A program made the translations under genes and the position numbers. This document shows, piece after piece, positions 21,731 to 35,900 of a stretch of 64,000 bases of DNA (within the stretch, counting starts at the first letter, position 1; each line of letters starts with the position of its first letter). The DNA lies in contig JAUCBJ010000602.1 of NCBI GenBank assembly GCA_032718475.1, positions 11,707 through 75,706 on the forward strand, in the 5' to 3' direction. A model generated the notes under the pieces. That model was not told the origin of the DNA. It ran no database searches and saw only the letters and a program-made list of their open reading frames with translations. The stretch comes from Nemertoderma westbladi (Eukaryota > Animalia > Xenacoelomorpha).

Positions 21731-24700
21731 GTTAGTAATCAACTCTAGTAGACAGAAGTCACCGCTCTGTAGATAGTGCTGGTTAGTAATCAACTCTAGT
21801 AGACAGAAGTCACCACTCTGTAGATAGTGCTGGTTAGTAATCAACTCTAGTAGACAGAAGTCACCACTCTGTAGATAGTGCTGGTTAGTAATCAACTCTA
21901 GTAGACAGAAGTCACCACTCTGTAGATAGTGCTGGTTAGTAATCAACTCTAGTAGACAGAAGTCACCACTCTGTAGATAGTGCTGGTTAGTAATCAACTC
22001 TAGTAAACAGAAGTCACCACTCTGTAGATAGTGCTGGTTAGTAATCAACTCTAGTAGACAGAAGTCACCACTCTGTAGATAGTGCTGGTTAGTAATCAAC
22101 TCTAGTAGACAGAAGTCACCACTCTGTAGATAGTGCTGGTTAGTAATCAACTCTAGTAGACAGAAGTCACCACTCTGTAGATAGTGCTGGTTAGTAATCA
22201 ACTCTAGTAGACAGAAGTCACCACTCTGTAGATAGTGCTGGTTAGTAATCAACTCTAGTAGACATAAGTCACCACTCTGTAGATAGTGCTGGTTAGTAAT
22301 CAACTCTAGTAGACAGAAGTCACCACTCTGTAGATAGTGCTGGTTAGTAATCAACTCTAGTAGACAGAAGTCACCGCTCTGTAGATAGTGCTGGTTAGTA
22401 ATCAACTCTAGTAGACAGAAGTCACCACTCTGTAGATAGTGCTGGTTAGTAATCAACTCTAGTAGACAGAAGTCACCGCTCTGTAGATAGTGCTGGTTAG
22501 TAATCAACTCTAGTAGACAGAAGTCACCACTCTGTAGATAGTTCTGGTTAGTAATCAACTCTAGTAGACAGAAGTCACCACTCTGTAGATAGTGCTGGTT
22601 AGTAATCAACTCTAGTAGACAGAAGTCACCACTCTGTAGATAGTTCTGGTTAGTAATCAACTCTAGTAGACAGAAGTCACCACTCTGTAGATAGTGCTGG
22701 TTAGTAATCAACTCTAGTAGACAGAAGTCACCACTCTGTAGATAGTGCTGGTTAGTAATCAACTCTAGTAGACAGAAGTCACCACTCTGTAGATAGTTCT
22801 GGTTAGTAATCAACTCTAGTAGACAGAAGTCACCACTCTGTAGATAGTGCTGGTTAGTAATCAACTCTAGTAGACAGAAGTCACCACTCTGTAGATAGTG
22901 CTGGTTAGTAATCAACTCTAGTAGACAGAAGTCACCACTCTGTAGATAGTGCTGGTTAGTAATCAACTCTAGTAGACAGAAGTCACCACTCTGTAGATAG
23001 TGCTGGTTAGTAATCCACTCTAGTAGACAGAAGTCACCACTCTGTAGATAGTGCTGGTTAGTAATCAACTCTAGTAGACAGAAGTCACCACTCTGTAGAT
23101 AGTGCTGGTTAGTAATCAACTCTAGTAGACAGAAGTCACCACTCTGTAGATAGTGCTGGTTAGTAATCAACTCTAGTAGACAGAAGTCACCACTCTGTAG
23201 ATAGTGCTGGTTAGTAATCAACTCTAGTAGACAGAAGTCACCGCTCTGTAGATAGTGCTGGTTAGTAATCAACTCTAGTAGACAGAAGTCACCGCTCTGT
23301 AGATAGTGCTGGTTAGTAATCAACTCTAGTAGACAGAAGTCACCGCTCTGTAGATAGTGCTGGTTAGTAATCAACTCTATTAGACAGAAGTCACCACTCT
23401 GTAGATAGTGCTGGTTAGTAATCAACTCTAGTAGACAGAAGTCACCACTCTGTAGATAGTGCTGGTTAGTAATCAACTCTAGTAGACAGAAGTCACCACT
23501 CTGTAGATAGTGCTGGTTAGTAATCAACTCTAGTAGACAGAAGTCACCACTCTGTAGATAGTGCTGGTTAGTAATCAACTCTAGTAGACAGAAGTCACCG
23601 CTCTGTAGATAGTGCTGGTTAGTAATCAACTCTAGTAGACAGAAGTCACCGCTCTGTAGATAGTGCTGGTTAGTAATCAACTCTATTAGACAGAAGTCAC
23701 CACTCTGTAGATAGTGCTGGTTAGTAATCAACTCTAGTAGACAGAAGTCACCACTCTGTAGATAGTGCTGGTTAGTAATCAACTCTAGTAGACAGAAGTC
23801 ACCACTCTGTAGATAGTGCTGGTTAGTAATCAACTCTAGTAGACAGAAGTCACCACTCTGTAGATAGTGCTGGTTAGTAATCAACTCTAGTAGACAGAAG
23901 TCACCACTCTGTAGATAGTGCTGGTTAGTAATCAACTCTAGTAGACAGAAGTCACCACTCTGTAGATAGTGCTGGTTAGTAATCAACTCTAGTAGACAGA
24001 AGTCACCACTCTGTAGATAGTGCTGGTTAGTAATCAACTCTAGTAGACAGAAGTCACCACTCTGTAGATAGTGCTGGTTAGTAATCAACTCTAGTAGACA
24101 GAAGTCACCACTCTGTAGATAGTGCTGGTTAGTAATCAACTCTAGTAGACAGAAGTCACCACTCTGTAGATAGTGCTGGTTAGTAATCAACTCTAGTAGA
24201 CAGAAGTCACCACTCTGTAGATAGTGCTGGTTAGTAATCAACTCTAGTAGACAGAAGTCACCACTCTGTAGATAGTGCTGGTTAGTAATCAACTCTAGTA
24301 GACAGAAGTCACCACTCTGTAGATAGTGCTGGTTAGTAATCAACTCTAGTAGACAGAAGTCACCACTCTGTAGATAGTGCTGGTTAGTAATCAACTCTAG
24401 TAGACAGAAGTCACCGCTCTGTAGATAGTGCTGGTTAGTAATCAACTCTAGTAGACAGAAGTCACCGCTCTGTAGATAGTGCTGGTTAGTAATCAACTCT
24501 AGTAGACAGAAGTCACCACTCTGTAGATAGTGCTGGTTAGTAATCAACTCTAGTAGACAGAAGTCACCGCTCTGTAGATAGTGCTGGTTAGTAATCAACT
24601 CTAGTAGACAGAAGTCACCGCTCTGTAGATAGTGCTGGTTAGTAATCAACTCTAGTAGACAGAAGTCACCACTCTGTAGATAGTGCTGGTTAGTAATCAA

Positions 24701-27700
24701 CTCTAGTAGACAGAAGTCACCACTCTGTAGATAGTGCTGGTTAGTAATCAACTCTAGTAGACAGAAGTCACCGCTCTGTAGATAGTGCTGGTTAGTAATC
24801 AACTCTAGTAGACAGAAGTCACCACTCTGTAGATAGTGCTGGTTAGTAATCAACTCTAGTAGACAGAAGTCACCGCTCTGTAGATAGTGCTGGTTAGTAA
24901 TCAACTCTAGTAGACAGAAGTCACCACTCTGTAGATAGTGCTGGTTAGTAATCAACTCTAGTAGACAGAAGTCACCACTCTGTAGATAGTGCTGGTTAGT
25001 AATCAACTCTAGTAGACAGAAGTCACCACTCTGTAGATAGTGCTGGTTAGTAATCAACTCTAGTAGACAGAAGTCACCACTCTGTAGATAGTGCTGGTTA
25101 GTAATCAACTCTAGTAGACAGAAGTCACCACTCTGTAGATAGTGCTGGTTAGTAATCAACTCTAGTAGACAGAAGTCACCACTCTGTAGATAGTGCTGGT
25201 TAGTAATCAACTCTAGTAGACAGAAGTCACCACTCTGTAGATAGTGCTGGTTAGTAATCAACTCTAGTAGACAGAAGTCACCACTCTGTAGATAGTGCTG
25301 GTTAGTAATCAACTCTAGTAGACAGAAGTCACCACTCTGTAGATAGTGCTGGTTAGTAATCAACTCTAGTAGACAGAAGTCACCACTCTGTAGATAGTGC
25401 TGGTTAGTAATCAACTCTAGTAGACAGAAGTCACCACTCTGTAGATAGTGCTGGTTAGTAATCAACTCTAGTAGACAGAAGTCACCACTCTGTAGATAGT
25501 GCTGGTTAGTAATCAACTCTAGTAGACAGAAGTCACCACTCTGTAGATAGTGCTGGTTAGTAATCAACTCTAGTAGACAGAAGTCACCACTCTGTAGATA
25601 GTGCTGGTTAGTAATCAACTCTAGTAGACAGAAGTCACCACTCTGTAGATAGTGCTGGTTAGTAATCAACTCTAGTAGACAGAAGTCACCAGCTCTGTAG
25701 ATAGTGCTGGTTAGTAATCAACTCTAGTAGACAGAAGTCACCACTCTGTAGATAGTGCTGGTTAGTAATCAACTCTAGTAGACAGAAGTCACCACTCTGT
25801 AGATAGTGCTGGTTAGTAATCAACTCTAGTAGACAGAAGTCACCACTCTGTAGATAGTGCTGGTTAGTAATCAACTCTAGTAGACAGAAGTCACCACTCT
25901 GTAGATAGTGCTGGTTAGTAATCAACTCTAGTAGACAGAAGTCACCACTCTGTAGATAGTGCTGGTTAGTAATCAACTCTAGTAGACAGAAGTCACCACT
26001 CTGTAGATAGTGCTGGTTAGTAATCAACTCTAGTAGACAGAAGTCACCACTCTGTAGATAGTGCTGGTTAGTAATCAACTCTAGTAGACAGAAGTCACCA
26101 CTCTGTAGATAGTGCTGGTTAGTAATCAACTCTAGTAGACAGAAGTCACCACTCTGTAGATAGTGCTGGTTAGTAATCAACTCTAGTAGACAGAAGTCAC
26201 CACTCTGTAGATAGTGCTGGTTAGTAATCAACTCTAGTAGACAGAAGTCACCACTCTGTAGATAGTGCTGGTTAGTAATCAACTCTAGTAGACAGAAGTC
26301 ACCACTCTGTAGATAGTGCTGGTTAGTAATCAACTCTAGTAGACAGAAGTCACCACTCTGTAGATAGTGCTGGTTAGTAATCAACTCTAGTAGACAGAAG
26401 TCACCACTCTGTAGATAGTGCTGGTTAGTAATCAACTCTAGTAGACAGAAGTCACCACTCTGTAGATAGTGCTGGTTAGTAATCAACTCTAGTAGACAGA
26501 AGTCACCACTCTGTAGATAGTGCTGGTTAGTAATCAACTCTAGTAGACAGAAGTCACCACTCTGTAGATAGTGCTGGTTAGTAATCAACTCTAGTAGACA
26601 GAAGTCACCACTCTGTAGATAGTGCTGGTTAGTAATCAACTCTAGTAGACAGAAGTCACCACTCTGTAGATAGTGCTGGTTAGTAATCAACTCTAGTAGA
26701 CAGAAGTCACCACTCTGTAGATAGTGCTGGTTAGTAATCAACTCTAGTAGACAGAAGTCACCACTCTGTAGATAGTGCTGGTTAGTAATCAACTCTAGTA
26801 GACAGAAGTCACCACTCTGTAGATAGTGCTGGTTAGTAATCAACTCTAGTAGACAGAAGTCACCACTCTGTAGATAGTGCTGGTTAGTAATCAACTCTAG
26901 TAGACAGAAGTCACCACTCTGTAGATAGTGCTGGTTAGTAATCAACTCTAGTAGACAGAAGTCACCACTCTGTAGATAGTGCTGGTTAGTAATCAACTCT
27001 AGTAGACAGAAGTCACCACTCTGTAGATAGTGCTGGTTAGTAATCAACTCTAGTAGACAGAAGTCACCACTCTGTAGATAGTGCTGGTTAGTAATCAACT
27101 CTAGTAGACAGAAGTCACCACTCTGTAGATAGTGCTGGTTAGTAATCAACTCTAGTAGACAGAAGTCACCACTCTGTAGATAGTGCTGGTTAGTAATCAA
27201 CTCTAGTAGACAGAAGTCACCACTCTGTAGATAGTGCTGGTTAGTAATCAACTCTAGTAGACAGAAGTCACCACTCTGTAGATAGTGCTGGTTAGTAATC
27301 AACTCTAGTAGACAGAAGTCACCACTCTGTAGATAGTGCTGGTTAGTAATCAACTCTAGTAGACAGAAGTCACCACTCTGTAGATAGTGCTGGTTAGTAA
27401 TCAACTCTAGTAGACAGAAGTCACCACTCTGTAGATAGTGCTGGTTAGTAATCAACTCTAGTAGACAGAAGTCACCACTCTGTAGATAGTGCTGGTTAGT
27501 AATCAACTCTAGTAGACAGAAGTCACCACTCTGTAGATAGTGCTGGTTAGTAATCAACTCTAGTAGACAGAAGTCACCACTCTGTAGATAGTGCTGGTTA
27601 GTAATCAACTCTAGTAGACAGAAGTCACCACTCTGTAGATAGTGCTGGTTAGTAATCAACTCTAGTAGACAGAAGTCACCACTCTGTAGATAGTGCTGGT

Positions 27701-30700
27701 TAGTAATCAACTCTAGTAGACAGAAGTCACCACTCTGTAGATAGTGCTGGTTAGTAATCAACTCTAGTAGACAGAAGTCACCACTCTGTAGATAGTGCTG
27801 GTTAGTAATCAACTCTAGTAGACAGAAGTCACCACTCTGTAGATAGTGCTGGTTAGTAATCAACTCTAGTAGACAGAAGTCACCACTCTGTAGATAGTGC
27901 TGGTTAGTAATCAACTCTAGTAGACAGAAGTCACCACTCTGTAGATAGTGCTGGTTAGTAATCAACTCTATTAGACATAAGTCACCACTCTGTAGATAGT
28001 GCTGGTTAGTAATCAACTCTAGTAGACAGAAGTCACCACTCTGTAGATAGTGCTGGTTAGTAATCAACTCTAGTAGACAGAAGTCACCACTCTGTAGATA
28101 GTGCTGGTTAGTAATCAACTCTAGTAGACAGAAGTCACCACTCTGTAGATAGTGCTGGTTAGTAATCAACTCTAGTAGACAGAAGTCACCACTCTGTAGA
28201 TAGTGCTGGTTAGTAATCAACTCTAGTAGACAGAAGTCACCGCTCTGTAGATAGTGCTGGTTAGTAATCAACTCTAGTAGACAGAAGTCACCACTCTGTA
28301 GATAGTGCTGGTTAGTAATCAACTCTAGTAGACAGAAGTCACCACTCTGTAGATAGTGCTGGTTAGTAATCAACTCTAGTAGACAGAAGTCACCGCTCTG
28401 TAGATAGTGCTGGTTAGTAATCAACTCTAGTAGACAGAAGTCACCACTCTGTAGATAGTGCTGGTTAGTAATCAACTCTAGTAGACAGAAGTCACCGCTC
28501 TGTAGATAGTGCTGGTTAGTAATCAACTCTAGTAGACAGAAGTCACCACTCTGTAGATAGTGCTGGTTAGTAATCAACTCTAGTAGACAGAAGTCACCAC
28601 TCTGTAGATAGTGCTGGTTAGTAATCAACTCTAGTAGACAGAAGTCACCACTCTGTAGATAGTGCTGGTTAGTAATCAACTCTATTAGACATAAGTCACC
28701 ACTCTGTAGATAGTGCTGGTTAGTAATCAACTCTAGTAGACAGAAGTCACCACTCTGTAGATAGTGCTGGTTAGTAATCAACTCTAGTAGACAGAAGTCA
28801 CCACTCTGTAGATAGTGCTGGTTAGTAATCAACTCTAGTAGACATAAGTCACCACTCTGTAGATAGTGCTGGTTAGTAATCAACTCTAGTAGACAGAAGT
28901 CACCACTCTGTAGATAGTGCTGGTTAGTAATCAACTCTAGTAGACATAAGTCACCACTCTGTAGATAGTGCTGGTTAGTAATCAACTCTAGTAGACAGAA
29001 GTCACCACTCTCTAGATAGTGCTGGTTAGTAATCAACTCTAGTAGACATAAGTCACCACTCTGTAGATAGTGCTGGTTAGTAATCAACTCTAGTAGACAG
29101 AAGTCACCACTCTGTAGATAGTGCTGGTTAGTAATCAACTCTAGTAGACAGAAGTCACCACTCTGTAGATAGTGCTGGTTAGTAATCAACTCTAGTAGAC
29201 AGAAGTCACCACTCTGTAGATAGTGCTGGTTAGTAATCAACTCTAGTAGACAGAAGTCACCGCTCTGTAGATAGTGCTGGTTAGTAATCAACTCTAGTAG
29301 ACAGAAGTCACCACTCTGTAGATAGTTCTGGTTAGTAATCAACTCTAGTAGACAGAAGTCACCACTCTGTAGATAGTGCTGGTTAGTAATCAACTCTAGT
29401 AGACAGAAGTCACCACTCTGTAGATAGTGCTGGTTAGTAATCAACTCTATTAGACAGAAGTCACCACTCTGTAGATAGTTCTGGTTAGTAATCAACTCTA
29501 GTAGACAGAAGTCACCACTCTGTAGATAGTGCTGGTTAGTAATCAACTCTAGTAGACAGAAGTCACCACTCTGTAGATAGTGCTGGTTAGTAATCAACTC
29601 TAGTAGACAGAAGTCACCACTCTGTAGATAGTGCTGGTTAGTAATCAACTCTAGTAGACAGAAGTCACCACTCTGTAGATAGTGCTGGTTAGTAATCAAC
29701 TCTAGTAGACAGAAGTCACCACTCTGTAGATAGTGCTGGTTAGTAATCAACTCTATTAGACAGAAGTCACCACTCTGTAGATAGTTCTGGTTAGTAATCA
29801 ACTCTAGTAGACAGAAGTCACCACTCTGTAGATAGTGCTGGTTAGTAATCAACTCTAGTAGACAGAAGTCACCACTCTGTAGATAGTGCTGGTTAGTAAT
29901 CAACTCTATTAGACAGAAGTCACCACTCTGTAGATAGTTCTGGTTAGTAATCAACTCTAGTAGACAGAAGTCACCACTCTGTAGATAGTGCTGGTTAGTA
30001 ATCAACTCTAGTAGACAGAAGTCACCACTCTGTAGATAGTGCTGGTTAGTAATCAACTCTAGTAGACAGAAGTCACCACTCTGTAGATAGTGCTGGTTAG
30101 TAATCAACTCTAGTAGACAGAAGTCACCACTCTGTAGATAGTGCTGGTTAGTAATCAACTCTATTAGACAGAAGTCACCACTCTGTAGATAGTTCTGGTT
30201 AGTAATCAACTCTAGTAGACAGAAGTCACCACTCTGTAGATAGTGCTGGTTAGTAATCAACTCTAGTAGACAGAAGTCACCACTCTGTAGATAGTGCTGG
30301 TTAGTAATCAACTCTAGTAGACAGAAGTCACCACTCTGTAGATAGTGCTGGTTAGTAATCAACTCTATTAGACAGAAGTCCCCACTCTGTAGATAGTTCT
30401 GGTTAGTAATCAACTCTAGTAGACAGAAGTCACCACTCTGTAGATAGTGCTGGTTAGTAATCAACTCTACTAGACAGAAGTCACCACTCTGTAGATAGTG
30501 CTGGTTAGTAATCAACTCTAGTAGACAGAAGTCACCACTCTGTAGATAGTGCTGGTTAGTAATCAACTCTAGTAGACAGAAGTCACCACTCTGTAGATAG
30601 TGCTGGTTAGTAATCAACTCTAGTAGACAGAAGTCACCACTCTGTAGATAGTGCTGGTTAGTAATCAACTCTAGTAGACAGAAGTCACCACTCTGTAGAT

Positions 30701-31688
30701 AGTGCTGGTTAGTAATCAACTCTAGTAGACAGAAGTCACCACTCTGTAGATAGTGCTGGTTAGTAATCAACTCTAGTAGACAGAAGTCACCACTCTGTAG
30801 ATAGTGCTGGTTAGTAATCAACTCTAGTAGACAGAAGTCACCACTCTGTAGATAGTGCTGGTTAGTAATCAACTCTAGTAGACAGAAGTCACCACTCTGT
30901 AGATAGTGCTGGTTAGTAATCAACTCTAGTAGACAGAAGTCACCACTCTGTAGATAGTGCTGGTTAGTAATCAACTCTATTAGACAGAAGTCCCCACTCT
31001 GTAGATAGTTCTGGTTAGTAATCAACTCTAGTAGACAGAAGTCACCACTCTGTAGATAGTGCTGGTTAGTAATCAACTCTAGTAGACAGAAGTCACCACT
31101 CTGTAGATAGTGCTGGTTAGTAATCAACTCTAGTAGACAGAAGTCACCACTCTGTAGATAGTGCTGGTTAGTAATCAACTCTAGTAGACAGAAGTCACCA
31201 CTCTGTAGATAGTGCTGGTTAGTAATCAACTCTAGTAGACAGAAGTCACCACTCTGTAGATAGTGCTGGTTAGTAATCAACTCTATTAGACAGAAGTCCC
31301 CACTCTGTAGATAGTTCTGGTTAGTAATCAACTCTAGTAGACAGAAGTCACCACTCTGTAGATAGTGCTGGTTAGTAATCAACTCTAGTAGACAGAAGTC
31401 ACCACTCTGTAGATAGTGCTGGTTAGTAATCAACTCTAGTAGACAGAAGTCACCACTCTGTAGATAGTGCTGGTTAGTAATCAACTCTATTAGACAGAAG
31501 TCACCACTCTGTAGATAGTTCTGGTTAGTAATCAACTCTAGTAGACAGAAGTCACCACTCTGTAGATAGTGCTGGTTAGTAATCAACTCTAGTAGACAGA
31601 AGTCACCACTCTGTAGATAGTGCTGGTTAGTAATCAACTCTAGTAGACAGAAGTCACCGCTCTGTAGATAGTGCTGGTTAGTAATCAA
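21700..31688 (+). repeat. 51-bp minisatellite (~195 units, ~10 kb); unit = last 31 nt of the exon plus the 5' splice site and 20 nt of intron
   Basis: Unit GACAGAAGTCACCACTCTGTAGATAGTGCTG|GTTAGTAATCAACTCTAGTA; very homogeneous; fills nearly the whole intron. Confidence 0.97.
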
Positions 31689-31780
31689 TCAATATCAAGG
31701 TTCTAACTTTGCGGCTTTCGGCTCACAATTATCGGTGTTACTCTTCCATTTATTATTATTTATTATCTTTACTACTACAG

Positions 31781-32029
31781 GGAGTAGCGGCGGTTCCAAC
31801 CACTCTGGGAGAGGTCCATCCTCCTCCCGACGCACTCACTCCCTTCCGAGGGGAGCAACCGCAGCTCCTGGTCCAGCAGTAGGGTGCCCGTCGTCCGTGA
31901 GCAGCAGTGGAATCGAGTCGCTAAGGGGGGCCTCTAGTCAGGGGATGGTGACCGGGTGCCCTCCTGGGAGTCCAGTAGTGGCGGGAAGTTTGAATCGGAG
32001 CGGCGCTGGCGGGTTGACACAGCCATCAT
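31781..32029 (+). CDS. dvl: Dishevelled C-terminal exon (GSSGGSNHSGRGPSSSRR...GGLTQPS)
   Basis: tacAG at 31779-31780; phase-1 join gives 'GSSGGSNHS', like Dvl 'EGSRSSGSNRS'. It ends either at donor GTTAGT (32030) or reads on to TAG at 32032-32034. Confidence 0.75.
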
Positions 32030-32110
32030 GTTAGTGTGTTATATTATGTAATTCCGGTAAGTAGCTGAGTATAATATATTTTTTATATCTATTTATTTAT
32101 TTTATTTCAG

Positions 32111-32124
32111 CGGAAATCTTCTGA
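32111..32124 (+). CDS. dvl: Putative terminal Dvl coding exon (S-E-I-F-stop)
   Basis: Strong acceptor ttttatttcAG at 32109-32110; joined to 32029 it gives ...QPSSEIF*, weakly like the Dvl terminus NP.EFFVD.M. Alternatively this is the acceptor of a 3'-UTR intron from GTAAGT at 32057. Confidence 0.4.
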
Positions 32125-32979
32125 GCTCCTAATTGGCTGGCATCGATTGAGTCCGATGGGATGGTTTTGGTTGGCCAAACTGCCATTGATTTGGTTTTAA
32201 TGATTAACAACAGTAAATAGCTGAGGCTCCGCTGCAGTAGTAGTTTGTGAATAGCCTATATAGACCTAATAGACTATAGAGTAGATAAATTAGTTACAAA
32301 CAAGCAGCTTTTACAATTTATTTGTGCGGTCACATTAGGAATTATATTTACAGCAATAATCGCGTGCGCCATCTAGTGTCTGCGTTAGCAATATTTGGCT
32401 TTGTGTGTCTCTGTCCACTTAACTATAAGCACTTATGTTTTCTTAACTGAGCAAAATGTTGTTTGTCTCGTCTTAACTCATTTATATTTATTTGGCTTAA
32501 AATTAAATTTTTGATACACGTGTACTTATTTTTCCCAGAGTCTTATTCATACAAAGCATCACAAAGAATAATTACCGTTATTATTATTGCGTTAATATCA
32601 CAGACGAATTACGTTTAAGTATAAATTACATTAACTTTGTTTATTTGAACACGATATGAAAATATTTACCTGTTTTTCTTAGTTGTTTTTAAATCAAGAT
32701 AAATCCATCAAGATAAAGTCTATTAATTATTTCATATCTTTTCTTTTAATTCTATTGTTTACTTAAATATTAAATTTAGGTTTAAAGTTAATTTTGTTTG
32801 TTAAATGTTGTTCATCAACTTGTCAAGTACAACTATATATAGTCGTGAAAGGTGTTACTAATCATATTATTATTAGTGCCGCTTATCTGATTTTATATAT
32901 TTTTATTTTGCTTTTTTATTAACTCATTTGAATTCGCGTACATTAGTTTGTGATCATTGTATGTTGCGGTTGTAAGCTA

Positions 32980-35900
32980 TTCAACAGAATACTTCCGGGT
33001 TGAACTTAGTGTAACGTTTTATTTAACAGAATACTTCTGGGTTGAACTTAGTGTAACGTTTTATTTAACAGAATACTTCCGGGTTGAACTTAGTGTAACG
33101 TTTTATTTAACAGAATACTTCTGGGTTGAACTTAGTGTAACGTTTTATTTAACAGAATACTTCTGGGTTGAACTTAGTGTAACGTTTTATTTAACAGAAT
33201 ACTTCCGGGTTGAACTTAGTGTAACGTTTTATTTAACAGAATACTTCCGGGTTGAACTTAGTGTAACGTTTTATTTAACAGAATACTTCCGGGTTGAACT
33301 TAGTGTAACGTTTTATTCAACAGAATACTTACGGGTTGAACTTGTGTAACGTTTTATTTAACAGAATACTTCCGGGTTGAACTTGTGTAACGTTTTATTT
33401 AACAGAATACTTCCGGGTTGAACTTAGTGTAACGTTTTATTTAACAGAATACTTCTGGGTTGAACTTAGTGTAACGTTTTATTTAACAGAATACTTCCGG
33501 GTTGAACTTAGTGAAACGTTTTATTTAACAGAATACTTCCGGGTTGAACTTAGTGTAACGTTTTATTTAACAGAATACTTCTGGGTTGAACTTAGTGTAA
33601 CGTTTTATTTAACAGAATACTTCTGGGTTGAACTTAGTGTAACGTTTTATTTAACAGAATACTTCCGGTTTGAACTTAGTGTAACGTTTTATTCAACAGA
33701 ATACTTCCGGGTTGAACTTAGTGTAACGTTTTATTTAACAGAATACTTCCGGGTTGAACTTGTGTAATGTTTTATTTAACAGAATACTTCTGGGTTGAAC
33801 TTAGTGTAACGTTTTATTTAACAGAATACTTCCGGGTTGAACTTAGTGTAACGTTTTATTCAACAGAATACTTCCGGGTTGAACTTGTGTAACGTTTTAT
33901 TTAACAGAATACTTCCGGGTTGAACTTGTGTAACGTTTTATTTAACAGAATACTTCCGGGTTGAACTTGTGTAACGTTTTATTTAACAGAATACTTCCGG
34001 GTTGAACTTGTGTAACGTTTTATTTAACAGAATACTTCTGGGTTGAACTTAGTGTAACGTTTTATTTAACAGAATACTTCTGGGTTGAACTTAGTGTAAC
34101 GTTTTATTTAACAGAATACTTCCGGGTTGAACTTGTGTAACGTTTTATTTAACAGAATACTTCTGGGTTGAACTTAGTGTAACGTTTTATTTAACAGAAT
34201 ACTTCTGGGTTGAACTTAGTGTAACGTTTTATTCAACAGAATACTTCCGGGTTGAACTTGTGTAACGTTTTATTTAACAGAATACTTCCGGGTTGAACTT
34301 GTGTAACGTTTTATTTAACAGAATACTTCTGGGTTGAACTTAGTGTAACGTTTTATTTAACAGAATACTTCTGGGTTGAACTTAGTGTAACGTTTTATTT
34401 AACAGAATACTTCCGGGTTGAACTTAGTGTAACGTTTTATTCAACAGAATACTTCCGGGTTGAACTTAGTGTAACGTTTTATTTAACAGAATACTTCCGG
34501 GTTGAACTTGTGTAACGTTTTATTTAACAGAATACTTCTGGGTTGAACTTAGTGTAACGTTTTATTTAACAGAATACTTCCGGGTTGAACTTAGTGTAAC
34601 GTTTTATTCAACAGAATACTTCCGGGTTGAACTTGTGTAACGTTTTATTTAACAGAATACTTCCGGGTTGAACTTAGTGTAACGTTTTATTCAACAGAAT
34701 ACTTCCGGGTTGAACTTGTGTAACGTTTTATTTAACAGAATACTTCCGGGTTGAACTTAGTGTAACGTTTTATTCAACAGAATACTTCCGGGTTGAACTT
34801 GTGTAACGTTTTATTTAACAGAATACTTCTGGGTTGAACTTAGTGTAACGTTTTATTTAACAGAATACTTCTGGGTTGAACTTAGTGTAACGTTTTATTT
34901 AACAGAATACTTCTGGGTTGAACTTAGTGTAACGTCTTATTTAACAGAATACTTCTGGGTTGAACTTAGTGTAACGTTTTATTTAACAGAATACTTCTGG
35001 CTTGAACTTAGTGTAACGTTTTATTTAACAGAATACTTCCGGGTTGAACTTGTGTAACGTTTTATTTAACAGAATACTTCCGGGTTGAACTTGTGTAACG
35101 TTTTATTTAACAGAATACTTCTGGGTTGAACTTAGTGTAACGTTTTATTTAACAGAATACTTCCGGGTTGAACTTGTGTAACGTTTTATTTAACAGAATA
35201 CTTTCGGGTTGAACTTGTGTAACGTTTTATTTAACAGAATACTTCTGGGTTGAACTTAGTGTAACGTTTTATTTAACAGAATACTTCCGGGATGAACTTG
35301 TGTAACGTCTTATTTAACAGAATACTTCTGGGTTGAACTTAGTGTAACGTTTTATTTAACAGAATACTTCTGGGTTGAACTTAGTGTAACGTTTTATTTA
35401 ACAGAATACTTCTGGGTTGAACTTGTGTAACGTTTTATTTAACAGAATACTTCCGGGTTGAACTTAGTGTAACGTTTTATTTAACAGAATACTTCCGGGT
35501 TGAACTTGTGTAACGTTTTATTTAACAGAATACTTCTGGGTTGAACTTGTGTAACGTTTTATTTAACAGAATACTTCTGGGTTGAACTTGTGTAACGTTT
35601 TATTTAACAGAATACTTCTGGGTTGAACTTAGTGTAACGTTTTATTTAACAGAATACTTCTGGGTTGAACTTAGTGTAACGTTTTATTTAACAGAATACT
35701 TCTGGGTTGAACTTAGTGTAACGTTTTATTTAACAGAATACTTCCGGGTTGAACTTAGTGTAACGTTTTATTTAACAGAATACTTCCGGGTTGAACTTAG
35801 TGTAACGTTTTATTTAACAGAATACTTCTGGGTTGAACTTAGTGTAACGTTTTATTTAACAGAATACTTCCGGGTTGAACTTAGTGTAACGTTTTATTTA

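Noticed and set aside
21548-31688. 1373-aa and 2000-aa minus-strand ORFs of (ITNQHYLQSGDFCLLEL)n
   Set aside because: These are antisense translations of a stop-free 51-bp unit. The plus strand is explained as Dvl exon end plus donor, and there is no real start or unique domain.
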